The position numbers were made by a program, and so were the translations under genes. A DNA stretch of 64,000 nt from Candidatus Alcyoniella australis (GTDB taxonomy: Bacteria > Lernaellota > Lernaellaia > JAVCCG01 > Alcyoniellaceae): positions 7,489 through 71,488 of the forward strand of contig JAVCCG010000095.1 of the NCBI GenBank assembly GCA_030765605.1, in the 5' to 3' direction. The notes beneath the pieces are model-generated. The model was not told the origin of the DNA, did no database searches, and saw nothing but the letters and a program-made list of their open reading frames with translations. This document shows, piece after piece, positions 21,928 to 31,465 of this stretch. The stretch's first letter is position 1. The number at the start of each line of letters is the position of its first letter.

Positions 21928-22700
21928 GCATTAAAATTCATCCCACGGCCGTGGTCGATTCCGCGGCGCAGCTTGGCAAGGGCGTGGTTGTCGGCCCGGG
22001 CTGCGTGATCTGCGCCGGAGCGTCCATCGGCGAGGACTGCACACTGGTGAGCAACGTCCGGGTCGAGGGGAACACCACCATCGGGCCCGGCGCGCTGATT
22101 AAGCACGGCGCGAGCCTTGGCGGCGATCCGCAGACCATCGACTACGGCGGCTGGCCGACTTTTCTCGAGATCGGGCCCAAGGCCTGGATCGGCGAGTACG
22201 TCACCGTGCACCGCGGCAGTAAAGAGGGCGCGGCCACCCGGCTGGGCAGCGAGGTCTACATGATGGCCTACTCCCACGTTGGGCACGACTGCCAGGTGGG
22301 CGATTGCGTGATCATGACCAACTACGCGGGGCTGGCCGGGCACGTGACCGTCGAGCAACGCGCGATCATCGCGGCCTACGGCGGTGTGCACCAGTTCTGC
22401 CGCATCGGAACCTATGCGATGCTCGGGGCGCACTCGGGAGTGGGCAAGGACGTCACCCCCTATACAATCGTCCAGGGGGTGCCGGCAGTGCCGCGTTCGC
22501 TCAACATCGTCGGGCTGCAACGGGCCGGATTTTCCGAGCAGACCCTTGCACAGCTCAAGAAGCTGTATAAACTCTTTTTCCGTTCAAGCCTGGACACGTC
22601 TCAGGCGGTCCAGCGCGCCCGCCTCGATCTCGAGCCGACCGAACAGGTCGAGCATTTTATTGCGTTCGTTGAGGCCAGCGAGCGCGGAATTTGCAAGTAG
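21924..22700 (+). CDS. lpxA: Acyl-ACP:UDP-GlcNAc (or UDP-GlcNAc3N) acyltransferase
   Basis: IHPTAVV, GGDPQ, MAYSHVGHDC, VHQFCRIG, LNIVGLQR. Confidence 0.95.
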   Translation: MSIKIHPTAVVDSAAQLGKGVVVGPGCVICAGASIGEDCTLVSNVRVEGNTTIGPGALIKHGASLGGDPQTIDYGGWPTFLEIGPKAWIGEYVTVHRGSKEGAATRLGSEVYMMAYSHVGHDCQVGDCVIMTNYAGLAGHVTVEQRAIIAAYGGVHQFCRIGTYAMLGAHSGVGKDVTPYTIVQGVPAVPRSLNIVGLQRAGFSEQTLAQLKKLYKLFFRSSLDTSQAVQRARLDLEPTEQVEHFIAFVEASERGICK

Positions 22701-22710
22701 GAGAGAACCA

Positions 22711-23670
22711 GTGAGCAAGATCAGAGCCGGTGTGGTCGGCGTCGGACATATGGGACGCTTTCATGTTTCAGCATACACCGAGATCATCGACGTCGAGCTG
22801 GTGGGAGTCTGCGATGCCGACGCCCAGCGTGTGGCGAAGGTCGCCGAGCACTACAAGACCAGGGGCGTGACCGACTACCGCGAGATGTTCGGCGAGGTCG
22901 ATGTGGTGAGCATCGCCGTGCCCACCGAGCTGCACGTGCAGGTGGCGCGTGACTTTCTCGAGGCCGGCATTCACGTGCTGCTTGAAAAGCCCATCGCCCG
23001 TTCGTTCAGCGACGCCCACGAGCTGTTTACCTTTGCCCAGGAAAAGGACCTGGTGCTGCAGATCGGCCACGTCGAGCGTTTCAACGGCGCGATCAATGAA
23101 ATTAAAAAGATCGTCGAGAACCCGACCTTGTTTGAGAGCCGTCGCATCGGGCCGTTTACCGGTCGCAACTCCGACGACGGCGTTGTGCTCGACCTGCTGA
23201 TCCACGACATCGACATTGTGCTCCAGCTTTCCAACAGCCCGCTGGTTCAGATGCAGGCGATGGGACGCTCGGTAGTCAGCGGACGCGACGACCTGGTGAC
23301 CGCGCAGCTGCGTTTCGAGAACGGCTGCATGGCCCACCTGCTGGCCAGCCGGGTCAGCGAGGAGAAGTCGCGCACCCTGGCCGTGACCCAGCCCGGCGCC
23401 TACATCTTTCTGGACTACACCGACCAGGAGATCCACATCCATCGCCAGGCCAGCTCCGAGGCGGTGGTGACCACCGAGCAGCTGCGCTACAAGCAGGAGA
23501 GCATCATCGAGCGACTGTTCGTCTACAAGGGCAACCCGCTCAAGCTCGAGCTGCAACATTTCATCGGTTGCGCGATGAAGGGCGACGAGGTGCGCGTCAG
23601 CCCCGAGGACGAGCTGCGCAGCCTGCGGGTCGCCTTGGACATCCTCGACGGCATCGGCAATGCCGTCTGA
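22711..23670 (+). CDS. Gfo/Idh/MocA oxidoreductase, GnnA-like (UDP-GlcNAc 3-dehydrogenase)
   Basis: GVVGVGHMG, LLEKPI, GHVERFN, DLLIHDID; GTG 22711 after AGGAG; lies between lpxA and lpxI. Confidence 0.8.
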   Translation: MSKIRAGVVGVGHMGRFHVSAYTEIIDVELVGVCDADAQRVAKVAEHYKTRGVTDYREMFGEVDVVSIAVPTELHVQVARDFLEAGIHVLLEKPIARSFSDAHELFTFAQEKDLVLQIGHVERFNGAINEIKKIVENPTLFESRRIGPFTGRNSDDGVVLDLLIHDIDIVLQLSNSPLVQMQAMGRSVVSGRDDLVTAQLRFENGCMAHLLASRVSEEKSRTLAVTQPGAYIFLDYTDQEIHIHRQASSEAVVTTEQLRYKQESIIERLFVYKGNPLKLELQHFIGCAMKGDEVRVSPEDELRSLRVALDILDGIGNAV

Positions 23671-24487
23671 TCCGATCCCCTCGACTGTCGGGATTGTCGC
23701 CGGCGGCGGCACAATGCCCGCCGAGGCCCTGCACGCGCTAAGAGCGCGCGGGCGGCGCGTGGTGCTGGCCGCGATCCGCGAGAGCGGCGCTGTCGATCCC
23801 GGGGCCGACGCCTTTGCCGAGCTATCCGTGGGACGGATCGGCGAGCTGGTGAGCTTCTTCAAGGACAACGGCGTCCGCGATCTGCTGGTGCTGGGCAAGC
23901 TTGACAAGGGCCTGCACTTCGCCGGCATCGAGTTCGACGAGTTGGCCCTGCGCGGCCTGGCGCTGATGCAGGACCGTACCGATATGAGCCTGTTCGGTGC
24001 GGTTGTGGCGGTGCTCGAGGAACAGGGGCTGCGCCTGCTGCCCCAGGATGCGGCGCTCTACGACCTGCTGTGCCCGGTCGGGACCATGGGCAAAGTGTCC
24101 GTCGGTACGTACGCAAAGGACGTGCAACGCGCCCTGAGTCTGGCTCGCGAAATCGCGCGCCTGGACATCGGCCAAAGCGTGGCCGTACGCGAGGGACTGT
24201 GTCTGGCCGTGGAGGCCGCCGAACATACCGACGAGATGATTAAGCGTGCGGGCGCGCTGCCCGGCGGCGGCACGGTGATCGCCAAGGTCCCGCGCCCCGG
24301 ACAGGACCCGCGCTTCGACGTACCCACGGTGGGCCCGCAGACGATCCGCACGATGGCAAAGATCGAAGCCGCGGGCCTGGCCCTGGCAGCGGGCGCGGTG
24401 TTCGTGATCGATTCTGAACAGACAATCCGACTGGCTGACGAGGCTGGGATCTTCATCGTCGGCCAGCGGCTCCCCGGGGGAAGCTGA
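23660..24487 (+). CDS. lpxI: UDP-2,3-diacylglucosamine pyrophosphatase LpxI
   Basis: GIVAGGGTMP, DIGQSVAV, AVEAAEHTDEMI, QDPRFDVPTVGPQT. Confidence 0.9.
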   Translation: MPSDPIPSTVGIVAGGGTMPAEALHALRARGRRVVLAAIRESGAVDPGADAFAELSVGRIGELVSFFKDNGVRDLLVLGKLDKGLHFAGIEFDELALRGLALMQDRTDMSLFGAVVAVLEEQGLRLLPQDAALYDLLCPVGTMGKVSVGTYAKDVQRALSLAREIARLDIGQSVAVREGLCLAVEAAEHTDEMIKRAGALPGGGTVIAKVPRPGQDPRFDVPTVGPQTIRTMAKIEAAGLALAAGAVFVIDSEQTIRLADEAGIFIVGQRLPGGS

Positions 24488-26052
24488 TGCGGCTGTTGAT
24501 TAGACTGACGCTGATCTGCGCTTTAACCCTGTGCCTCGCGGGCGCGGTCTGGGCCGACGAAAGCGGCGGCGACGACGAGGACGGCGACAATGACGACGAC
24601 GGCGCGAGCGTCGAGGACCTCGAACGGCGCGTGTCGCGGCTGGAGCAGCAGAACAAACGGCTGCGCGGCGACTCCCAGACCCTGGTCTTTCCCAACGGCT
24701 GGCAGGTCAAGTTCGAGGGCGAGCTGCGCAACCGCGCGCTGATCGAGGCCAACACGCTGAACAACTATGAGAACTTCGCCGGGGTCCGGGTCTACGCCTA
24801 CGACAAGCGCTCGACGTTCAAGAACGACTACGGCTGGTGGGACATGCGCTTTGTCAACAAGCTGGTGGTCGACTTCGGCTACGGCGCGGAGCTGGGGATC
24901 AAGCTCCAGCTGGGCGACATCGTCTGGGGCAGCCACGCGCCGGTCTACGGCCTGGGCGGCTCCGATAAGTTCGACCAGGTCACCTTGCAGTTCCGCGAGC
25001 TGTACGCACGTTGGTCGATCTGGCCGATCCCGCTGTACATGGAGGCCGGCCGCACGCGCTTCGACCTGGGGCACCGGATGCTGATGGGCGGCGAGTTCGA
25101 CGGCGTCAAGGCCTGGTACCAGCACGAGTACTTCAACGTCGGATTCTGGTCGGCGCGGCAGTACGAGGGCGAGAATTACGAGATGAGCATGCAGACCAAC
25201 GACGATGAGGACACCTTTGTCCTCAGCGTCGAGGGCTACCCGGCGCAGCAATCGGTGGTCGGCGCTTACGGCTGGATCAACGACTGGAAGGTCGTGGCGC
25301 AGCCCAGCTACCCCGACCCGAGCTCGCCGCTGTACCTGCTGCCGGCGTTCGAGCAGGACCTGTACACCGAGCAGAACAGCCAGCAGTGGGACGTCGGCGT
25401 CTGGACCGAGTTGCGGCCCAGCAACCTGATCCGCATCAAGGCGCAGTACGACCATCAGTTCGGCAAACTGATTCACAGCGAGGACTACCCGGACCAGCCC
25501 GATATCGAGTTCAAGGGCTTCGCCGGATTCGCCAAGCTCGACTTTCTCTGGAGCGAGGATCGCAACATGATCTTCCTCGCCGGCGGTTACGGCTCGGGAG
25601 ACGACCCGGACACAGTCGACTACGAGGGCTTCTTTGCGCCGGACAACCGCTTCGGGATCTACGAGGAGGGGATGGACGAGTACGCGGAGCACGGCTACTT
25701 CGCGGTCTACGAGCATCTCTCGCCCGGCGCCGGAGTGCCCGGCAGGCTCAAAGACGACCTGGGATCCGGCGGCGTGGAAAACACGATCTGGGCCAACGTG
25801 GGCTGGGACTCCTCGTGGCAGGCCAACCACCACTACTACGTGTCAGTGGGCTACATCCAGGCCGCGCGCGAGAACCCCTACACCGACTCCGCGCTGATCG
25901 GGATCGAGAACGACGTGCGCATCGACTACCTGTTCTCCAACAACGTGGTGTTCTCGATTTACGGAGGACACCTGTTCATCATCGGCGACTACTTCCGCAA
26001 CGATGCCCACGATGCGGCGCAGCTCTACTTCGAGTGGAAGCTGCTGTGGTGA
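24487..26052 (+). CDS. Putative outer-membrane beta-barrel (porin-like) protein
   Basis: Signal peptide, acidic linker, short coiled coil, amphipathic beta strands, YGSGDD loop motif, C-terminal aromatic strand (YFEWKLLW). Confidence 0.65.
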   Translation: MRLLIRLTLICALTLCLAGAVWADESGGDDEDGDNDDDGASVEDLERRVSRLEQQNKRLRGDSQTLVFPNGWQVKFEGELRNRALIEANTLNNYENFAGVRVYAYDKRSTFKNDYGWWDMRFVNKLVVDFGYGAELGIKLQLGDIVWGSHAPVYGLGGSDKFDQVTLQFRELYARWSIWPIPLYMEAGRTRFDLGHRMLMGGEFDGVKAWYQHEYFNVGFWSARQYEGENYEMSMQTNDDEDTFVLSVEGYPAQQSVVGAYGWINDWKVVAQPSYPDPSSPLYLLPAFEQDLYTEQNSQQWDVGVWTELRPSNLIRIKAQYDHQFGKLIHSEDYPDQPDIEFKGFAGFAKLDFLWSEDRNMIFLAGGYGSGDDPDTVDYEGFFAPDNRFGIYEEGMDEYAEHGYFAVYEHLSPGAGVPGRLKDDLGSGGVENTIWANVGWDSSWQANHHYYVSVGYIQAARENPYTDSALIGIENDVRIDYLFSNNVVFSIYGGHLFIIGDYFRNDAHDAAQLYFEWKLLW

Positions 26053-26062
26053 AGAGCGGCGA

Positions 26063-28084
26063 TTGTCTGAAGCACTAGCGCGTAACATCATCCTGCGCAT
26101 AGCCGCGCTGCTGATGACGGCGCTGCTGTGCGCAATGTTCTGCAGCTGCCGCGACCAGCGGCCGACCACGACGCCGGAGCAGGGTGTAGCGCAGCCGATT
26201 GTCGAGCCGACCCCCGAGATGCCCGCCGCATTGCCGTTGCCCGCCACCGTGGGGCTCGAGGGCGCGCCGGTCTATGTTGCGGGCGAGGTCGGACCGGACC
26301 TGGTGCTGCGCCTGACCGCGGGCGAAGCGGGATTGCCCACGGGTACGCTGCTGCGCGTGACTCTGCCCGGCGAAAGTTGGAGCGTGCCCCAGCTCGAGCG
26401 CGGTGAGGATTCGGGTTACATCTCGTGCAAAATCTCCGGCAGCGAACCGTTGATAACAATTCACGCCCGGGGTACGGGCCGCATTCCCAGCCGCAGTCGC
26501 TCGGTGGTCGACGTGGAGCTGACCGCGGACCTGGCAACGGGTGAGCCTGCGCTGCTGCGCTACGTCAAGCCGCGGGTCCAGCCCACTGCCGGTCGGGTCG
26601 CAATCCGCGCGCAACTGCGCCTGCCCGGAAACACGGAGCCGCTTGAGCTGGAAAGCCCGAGCCTAAACGTGGAGCCCGGGCCGATGGTCTGGGTGCGTGT
26701 GCTCGCGCCCAGCGACGTGATCGTCGGCCAACCGTTCAGCGTCCGGCTGCGACCGCTGGACCGTTTGGGCAACCTGGCCCGCGCACAGGCCGGTCGCTAC
26801 AACCTCGAGCTGATGCGGCCGGGCAACACTGCGGGCCGCGAGGTCGACCTGCTGCACCCCCAGATCGAATGGACGGTTGACCAGCCGACCAGCGGCTGGT
26901 TCACGCTGTTTGCCCAGGACGGCTCGGTGGCGGGCAGGGCGCAGCCGTTGATTGCTCATCAGGCGCAGCCGCAGTACGTGCGCGCCTGGGCCGACCTGAG
27001 CTTTCACTCCGGGCTCTCCGACGCGTACGCGCCGATCGATCCGGGCCAGGCGTTCGCCTACGCCCGCGACGTGTCGGGGCTGGACCTGGCCTGCCTGACC
27101 GACCACGCCGAGGGGATCTGGAGCGATCCGTTGAGCTCCGAGGAGTTCAGGCGCAGCGTTGCCGAGGCGCAGCGCGCGAGCACGCCGCAGTTTTTAGCCC
27201 TGGCCGGGTTCACCTGGACCGGCTCGTTTTTCTGGGATCAGGAGTATCCCGAGGGTCCGGGACACGCCCACGTGCTGCCGCTGGGCGAGGTGGTTGAGCC
27301 CTGCCGGGCCGACCTGGAACAGTGCGACGAGCCGCAGGAACTGTTTGCGCAGTTGGACGGGGCCGACGCAGTGGCGATCTGGGAGCACAGCCTGACGCAG
27401 TGGGGCGCGGCCGATTTTAGCGCGTTGCCGCTGCCGACAAAGCTCGCGCCGCTGGTGCAGATCTACTCGTACTTGGGTTCCAACGAGTGCGTGGACTGCA
27501 AACCGCGGCAGCGCGAGGGCACGGGCGATTCGCGCCACAGCGTGCAGGCCGCACTGGTGCGCGGCGAGCACGTCGGATTCAGCGCCTCGAGCAACAGCCT
27601 CTACGGCCATCCTGGTCTCGGACGTTTTCCGGGATACGCCGGGCCCGAGGAGGATGCCGGCGGCCTGACCTGCCTGCTGGTCAGCGAACGCGGCAAGTCC
27701 GGGTACCTTGAGGCGATCCGCGCGAGGCGCAGTTACGCCACCACCGGCATTCGCCCGCTGATCGACTTCAGCTGCGCCGGTGCGCCGATGGGCGGCCGGG
27801 CCCAAAGCGACGGCCCGCCCCAGTGCCGCTTGGCCGTGACCTGCGCCGCGAACATCGAGTCGATCGAGATCGTCAGGGGCGGCGCGGGCTGTCGGCTGCC
27901 GCTGGAGAGCGTGCTCAACTCGCGTCCGGACGCGCGCTCGGCCGCCTTTGACTGGATCGACCGGGACTTCGACGGCGCGGCGTTCTACTACCTGCGTGTG
28001 ACCGACGTCAACGGCGAGCGGGCCTGGACCAGCCCGATCTGGGTCGACTCCGCGCCGCAGCCAGAGGCCACGGCGGAGCAGTGA
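26063..28084 (+). CDS. Exported DUF3604/CehA-McbA-like PHP-fold protein with degenerate metal motifs
   Basis: WADLSFHSGLSD, LACLTDH, GHAHV, SSNSLYGHPG, AIRARRSYATTG, YYLRV..NGERAWTSPIWV. TTG start 26063 preferred over the ORF-track start. Confidence 0.65.
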   Translation: MSEALARNIILRIAALLMTALLCAMFCSCRDQRPTTTPEQGVAQPIVEPTPEMPAALPLPATVGLEGAPVYVAGEVGPDLVLRLTAGEAGLPTGTLLRVTLPGESWSVPQLERGEDSGYISCKISGSEPLITIHARGTGRIPSRSRSVVDVELTADLATGEPALLRYVKPRVQPTAGRVAIRAQLRLPGNTEPLELESPSLNVEPGPMVWVRVLAPSDVIVGQPFSVRLRPLDRLGNLARAQAGRYNLELMRPGNTAGREVDLLHPQIEWTVDQPTSGWFTLFAQDGSVAGRAQPLIAHQAQPQYVRAWADLSFHSGLSDAYAPIDPGQAFAYARDVSGLDLACLTDHAEGIWSDPLSSEEFRRSVAEAQRASTPQFLALAGFTWTGSFFWDQEYPEGPGHAHVLPLGEVVEPCRADLEQCDEPQELFAQLDGADAVAIWEHSLTQWGAADFSALPLPTKLAPLVQIYSYLGSNECVDCKPRQREGTGDSRHSVQAALVRGEHVGFSASSNSLYGHPGLGRFPGYAGPEEDAGGLTCLLVSERGKSGYLEAIRARRSYATTGIRPLIDFSCAGAPMGGRAQSDGPPQCRLAVTCAANIESIEIVRGGAGCRLPLESVLNSRPDARSAAFDWIDRDFDGAAFYYLRVTDVNGERAWTSPIWVDSAPQPEATAEQ

Positions 28085-30126
28085 GGATCAGCGCGGCGGC
28101 GATCATCACGTTGTTGCTCGCTGCGATGCTTGTCGCCTGCGGCCCTTCAGCGGCCGAGCAACAGGCCTGGCGTGACGCGGCGCGTTATATTCGGCCGCAT
28201 CTGGATCAGCGCGACGTGATCGTGGCCGACAGCGTAAGCAGCGCCCAGGGGCTGTTACGCGGGATCCACGGCGATCAGCCGTTGCCGTTGCTTGCTCCCG
28301 CGCGCTCCGGAGAGTCGAGCATCGCGACTTACGAAAATCTGACCGTGCTGGTGCTGCCCCACGACGCCGAGGCAATCGGCGAACTGATCCGCGAGCAACT
28401 CGGAGAACAGACAAGGTTCTGGCTGTTACGTGACGAACGAAAATCCCGACCAGCCGCGGAATTGATCGCGGACCAAGGCCTGGCCGTTGATCGTGCGTTG
28501 TTTGACGAGCGCTTCAGCGTAACGCGGATGCTCTATCCGCGTCCGCCGTCATGGGGCACGCTGCTCGATTTACACACCGTCTCCGGCGCGCCGCCCGAGC
28601 TGTCGGGTAACTTGGTGGGCATGCTGCGCGCGCCGCTGACCTACGGTCCGCAGCAGGCTGCACTGGCCGCGCTTAAGGGACTGATCGCGGGCCTCGATCC
28701 CACGCGCGGCATGCTCCCTTGGTGCGGTATGGCCCGCGACTCCAACGGCTGGAGCGGCAGCCACTGCGGCACGGACTGGGTGGTCGGCGCGTCAACGGAC
28801 CTGGAGGGACTGCTGTTGTTGCGCCGCGCCTGCGGATCGGACCACGGGGTCGAGGCCGAGGCTGCGTTGCGACGCGGGTTGCTTGGTCGGGCGATGAGCG
28901 ACGGCCTGGTCTACCGCGAGGACGCGGCCTTCTCCGATCTGGAGGCGGTGATTGCGGACCAAGCTTCGTATCTGAGCATGCTTGCCACACGGATCGAGCT
29001 CGATAACGCCCAGTACGCGCGCGTGCTGGTCGGCGCCAACGTACGCGGGCTGCTGTTGCGCTCGGAGTCGGGTGCACACGGCCTGCATTTGCCCGAGGCG
29101 AGCTATTTTCCCGACCGATCGGCCGGCTGGACTGCGGGCACGGTCGACTGGTACGACGAGGCGCTGCTGCTGCCGGGTTTGGCGCGTGCCTCGGCGCTGA
29201 TCGACGACCCGCTGCTTGAGCAGCTGACCAACGGCCTGGCCGAATACCTTGAATACGAAAGCGGCGCGTACATCAGCGCTGGAGACTACAGCGGCGAGCC
29301 GTTGCCCTATCTGCGCGGGCTGCGCGGCCTGCTGATCCATGCGCACAATCGCTCAAACGAGGCGCTGGCAACGCGGGTGCGCGAGCGGCTCGATCCGTTG
29401 TTCGACGCTCCGTTGGCACCGAGCATGCACACACGGTGGACCGAAGATCCCGATGCACTGGCCGAGCTGATCCAGATCGCGCTGTTGCTGGGCGAGCAGG
29501 ATCCGCGCTATTACGAGCATGCCGAGGGACTGGCGCGAAATCAGCTGCGCACCTGTCAGTGGCCGATCGAGGCCGATCCGGCCGTGGCCGGATCGTTTGA
29601 CAACAATTGCGCGGGAATCTGCCGTGGCAACCAGACCGCCGGACCCACGACCGCGGCGGTCGCTATCGCGCGGCTGGCCCTTAGCGCGGTGCTCGGTCGC
29701 GACGGGCGCTGTCGCGTCAACCTGCTGTGTAACAGCGCCGACCCGCTGCTGGTTGTGCTAAGCGAGCTGCCCTACGCCGGTCGGATCGTGGTCGAGGCCA
29801 GGAACGATTGTCAGGCCGAGCTACGCATTCCACCCTGGGCCACCAGGCTGACGTTGGACAACACGCCGGTGCCCGACGGGGCCTGGAGCAACGGCTACCT
29901 CGACCTGGGAGTAATCGAGGCCGGCCAGCGCAGGGAGCTGGGCTTCGCAGTGCCCGAACGGTTGGAGAGTCCGACCGACGGCGGACTGAGCGTGTTGTGG
30001 CGCGGCAACGTCGTGGCCGCGGTGATCTGGGCTCAAGCCTGCGACGATCCATCGTACTTAGGCGACGTAGCGCACTTCGAGGGCGAGGCGCCCCGCGGCA
30101 TGGTCAACCTATTCGTCGCTGATTAA
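28081..30126 (+). CDS. Lipoprotein with helical core and GH127/DUF1680-like C-terminal region
   Basis: Lipobox LVAC; VNLL..S.LPYAGRIVV..LRIPPWA segment resembles the GH127 middle domain; GTGA overlap with the upstream gene. Confidence 0.5.
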   Translation: MRISAAAIITLLLAAMLVACGPSAAEQQAWRDAARYIRPHLDQRDVIVADSVSSAQGLLRGIHGDQPLPLLAPARSGESSIATYENLTVLVLPHDAEAIGELIREQLGEQTRFWLLRDERKSRPAAELIADQGLAVDRALFDERFSVTRMLYPRPPSWGTLLDLHTVSGAPPELSGNLVGMLRAPLTYGPQQAALAALKGLIAGLDPTRGMLPWCGMARDSNGWSGSHCGTDWVVGASTDLEGLLLLRRACGSDHGVEAEAALRRGLLGRAMSDGLVYREDAAFSDLEAVIADQASYLSMLATRIELDNAQYARVLVGANVRGLLLRSESGAHGLHLPEASYFPDRSAGWTAGTVDWYDEALLLPGLARASALIDDPLLEQLTNGLAEYLEYESGAYISAGDYSGEPLPYLRGLRGLLIHAHNRSNEALATRVRERLDPLFDAPLAPSMHTRWTEDPDALAELIQIALLLGEQDPRYYEHAEGLARNQLRTCQWPIEADPAVAGSFDNNCAGICRGNQTAGPTTAAVAIARLALSAVLGRDGRCRVNLLCNSADPLLVVLSELPYAGRIVVEARNDCQAELRIPPWATRLTLDNTPVPDGAWSNGYLDLGVIEAGQRRELGFAVPERLESPTDGGLSVLWRGNVVAAVIWAQACDDPSYLGDVAHFEGEAPRGMVNLFVAD

Positions 30127-30147
30127 ACTAGATCAGATCAATCGATC

Positions 30148-30702
30148 TCAACGGGCGCGCAGGCCCTCGATGATGCTGCGCGTTATCCGGCCGCAGTTGG
30201 CGTATTCGCGGCATTCGCCCGTGGTCTGGGCCGCCACGCTCATCACCCGCTGTTGGTCGGGATGCACGAAGGTGAACAGAAACAGCTCGTGATCCTGGCC
30301 CTCGGTGTTGTGTTGGATCAGCATCAGGTTGCCCTTGATCCGGCCGGCATTGAGCTCGCCCAGGTCCTTGGTACGCGAGTCGTCGGGACCGGCCCCGCCG
30401 ATCAGCACGTAGGCCAGGTGTTGCTGTTCGCGCTGCACTGAGTTCGATTCGCCCTGGGTCTGCTTGGGGAGCAGCGTTACGGTCAGATTCGATCCGGGGC
30501 TGGCGTACTCGATCACCCTGCTCGGGCCGCCGTAATCAACATGCTTCATCTCGAAATCGGGCGGCAGCCAGAACACCAGATCGACTTGCGGATCGGTCAC
30601 CGTGGTCCAATGATTATCGCCACTGGGGGAACAACCCGAAACGAGGATCAGCGCTTGCATGATTATCGCGAGCAGAGTGAAGGTCAGGGCATTGCGTATC
30701 AT
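30148..30702 (-). CDS. Hypothetical lipoprotein
   Basis: Signal peptide with lipobox VSGC (from ATG 30702). Confidence 0.55.
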   Translation of the reverse strand: MIRNALTFTLLAIIMQALILVSGCSPSGDNHWTTVTDPQVDLVFWLPPDFEMKHVDYGGPSRVIEYASPGSNLTVTLLPKQTQGESNSVQREQQHLAYVLIGGAGPDDSRTKDLGELNAGRIKGNLMLIQHNTEGQDHELFLFTFVHPDQQRVMSVAAQTTGECREYANCGRITRSIIEGLRAR

Positions 30703-30801
30703 TGGGAATTGGGCACCTCGCGAGGAAAATATCACGCCGCGCTGGACGCGGCAAGGTCGAGCGAACGCGGGAAAAGGCGCGATTACCGCGATAAAGAGCG
30801 G

Positions 30802-31182
30802 TTATACAGAAAAGTTGAGCATGCTACGGACGATTTTGAGCACGTCCTCGTGATTGATCGGCTGGTGGATGCACGGCGCCTGACTGAAATGTAAAAAACG
30901 GAGCAGGTCATCGCCAATGTGCATCGGCACCAGGAACAGCAACTTTTTCAGATTCTCCAAGTCCTGCCGCCGTAGTTCGAAATAGAACTCCGGTCCGGAG
31001 ATGTTGCGCATGGCAAGGTCAATTATATATACGTCGTATTTATTAAGGCCGATGTGGTCAATTGCTTTTTTCGCGCTGTTCAGCGCAATGGTACGGATTG
31101 GTAAGCTTTTGGCGAGCAACTCGCACAGCTTATTGCAATTGTCTTTATCGTCGTCGATGATCAATATCTTCTGTTGCTTCAC
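30802..31182 (-). CDS. Stand-alone receiver-domain (CheY-like) protein, atypical
   Basis: KILIIDDD, YIIDLAMRNISG phospho-acceptor Asp; conserved Lys-Pro replaced by Gln-Pro; SD GAGG; lower GC. Confidence 0.75.
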   Translation of the reverse strand: MKQQKILIIDDDKDNCNKLCELLAKSLPIRTIALNSAKKAIDHIGLNKYDVYIIDLAMRNISGPEFYFELRRQDLENLKKLLFLVPMHIGDDLLRFLHFSQAPCIHQPINHEDVLKIVRSMLNFSV

Positions 31183-31250
31183 GTTGCAAGGACCTCTTCA
31201 AATACAGGTGCGATAGAACTGATCAGGTTCATCTGACCTTTAAGTTTGAC

Positions 31251-31267
31251 TGCAACACCTGTGCCGA
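31251..31267 (-). promoter_or_regulatory. Sigma54 (-24/-12) promoter for the receiver gene
   Basis: Minus strand reads TCGGCACAGGTGTTGCA, matching TGGCAC-N5-TTGC spacing, ~70 nt upstream of the start. Confidence 0.6.
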
Positions 31268-31432
31268 CGCTGACGATCCTTATATCAAACAGGGAGGCAT
31301 AGCGCAATTAATTAGTGATTTAGACCAGTTAGCAATTAGGCATGCGATATGGTCAAAGATGATTGTCATGGTTTAAAAGTGTAATAAAAATAAGAGGCTG
31401 GATGATAATCAGGCAGTCAGAACGGGGCGAAA

Positions 31433-31459
31433 TGCCCGGGGCGGCGTACACCCCGGGCA
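31433..31459 (-). terminator. GC-rich hairpin just after the hydroxyacyl-CoA dehydrogenase stop
   Basis: TGCCCGGGG-N9-CCCCGGGCA with a short U tail on the minus strand. Confidence 0.4.
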
Positions 31460-31465
31460 GTGACG

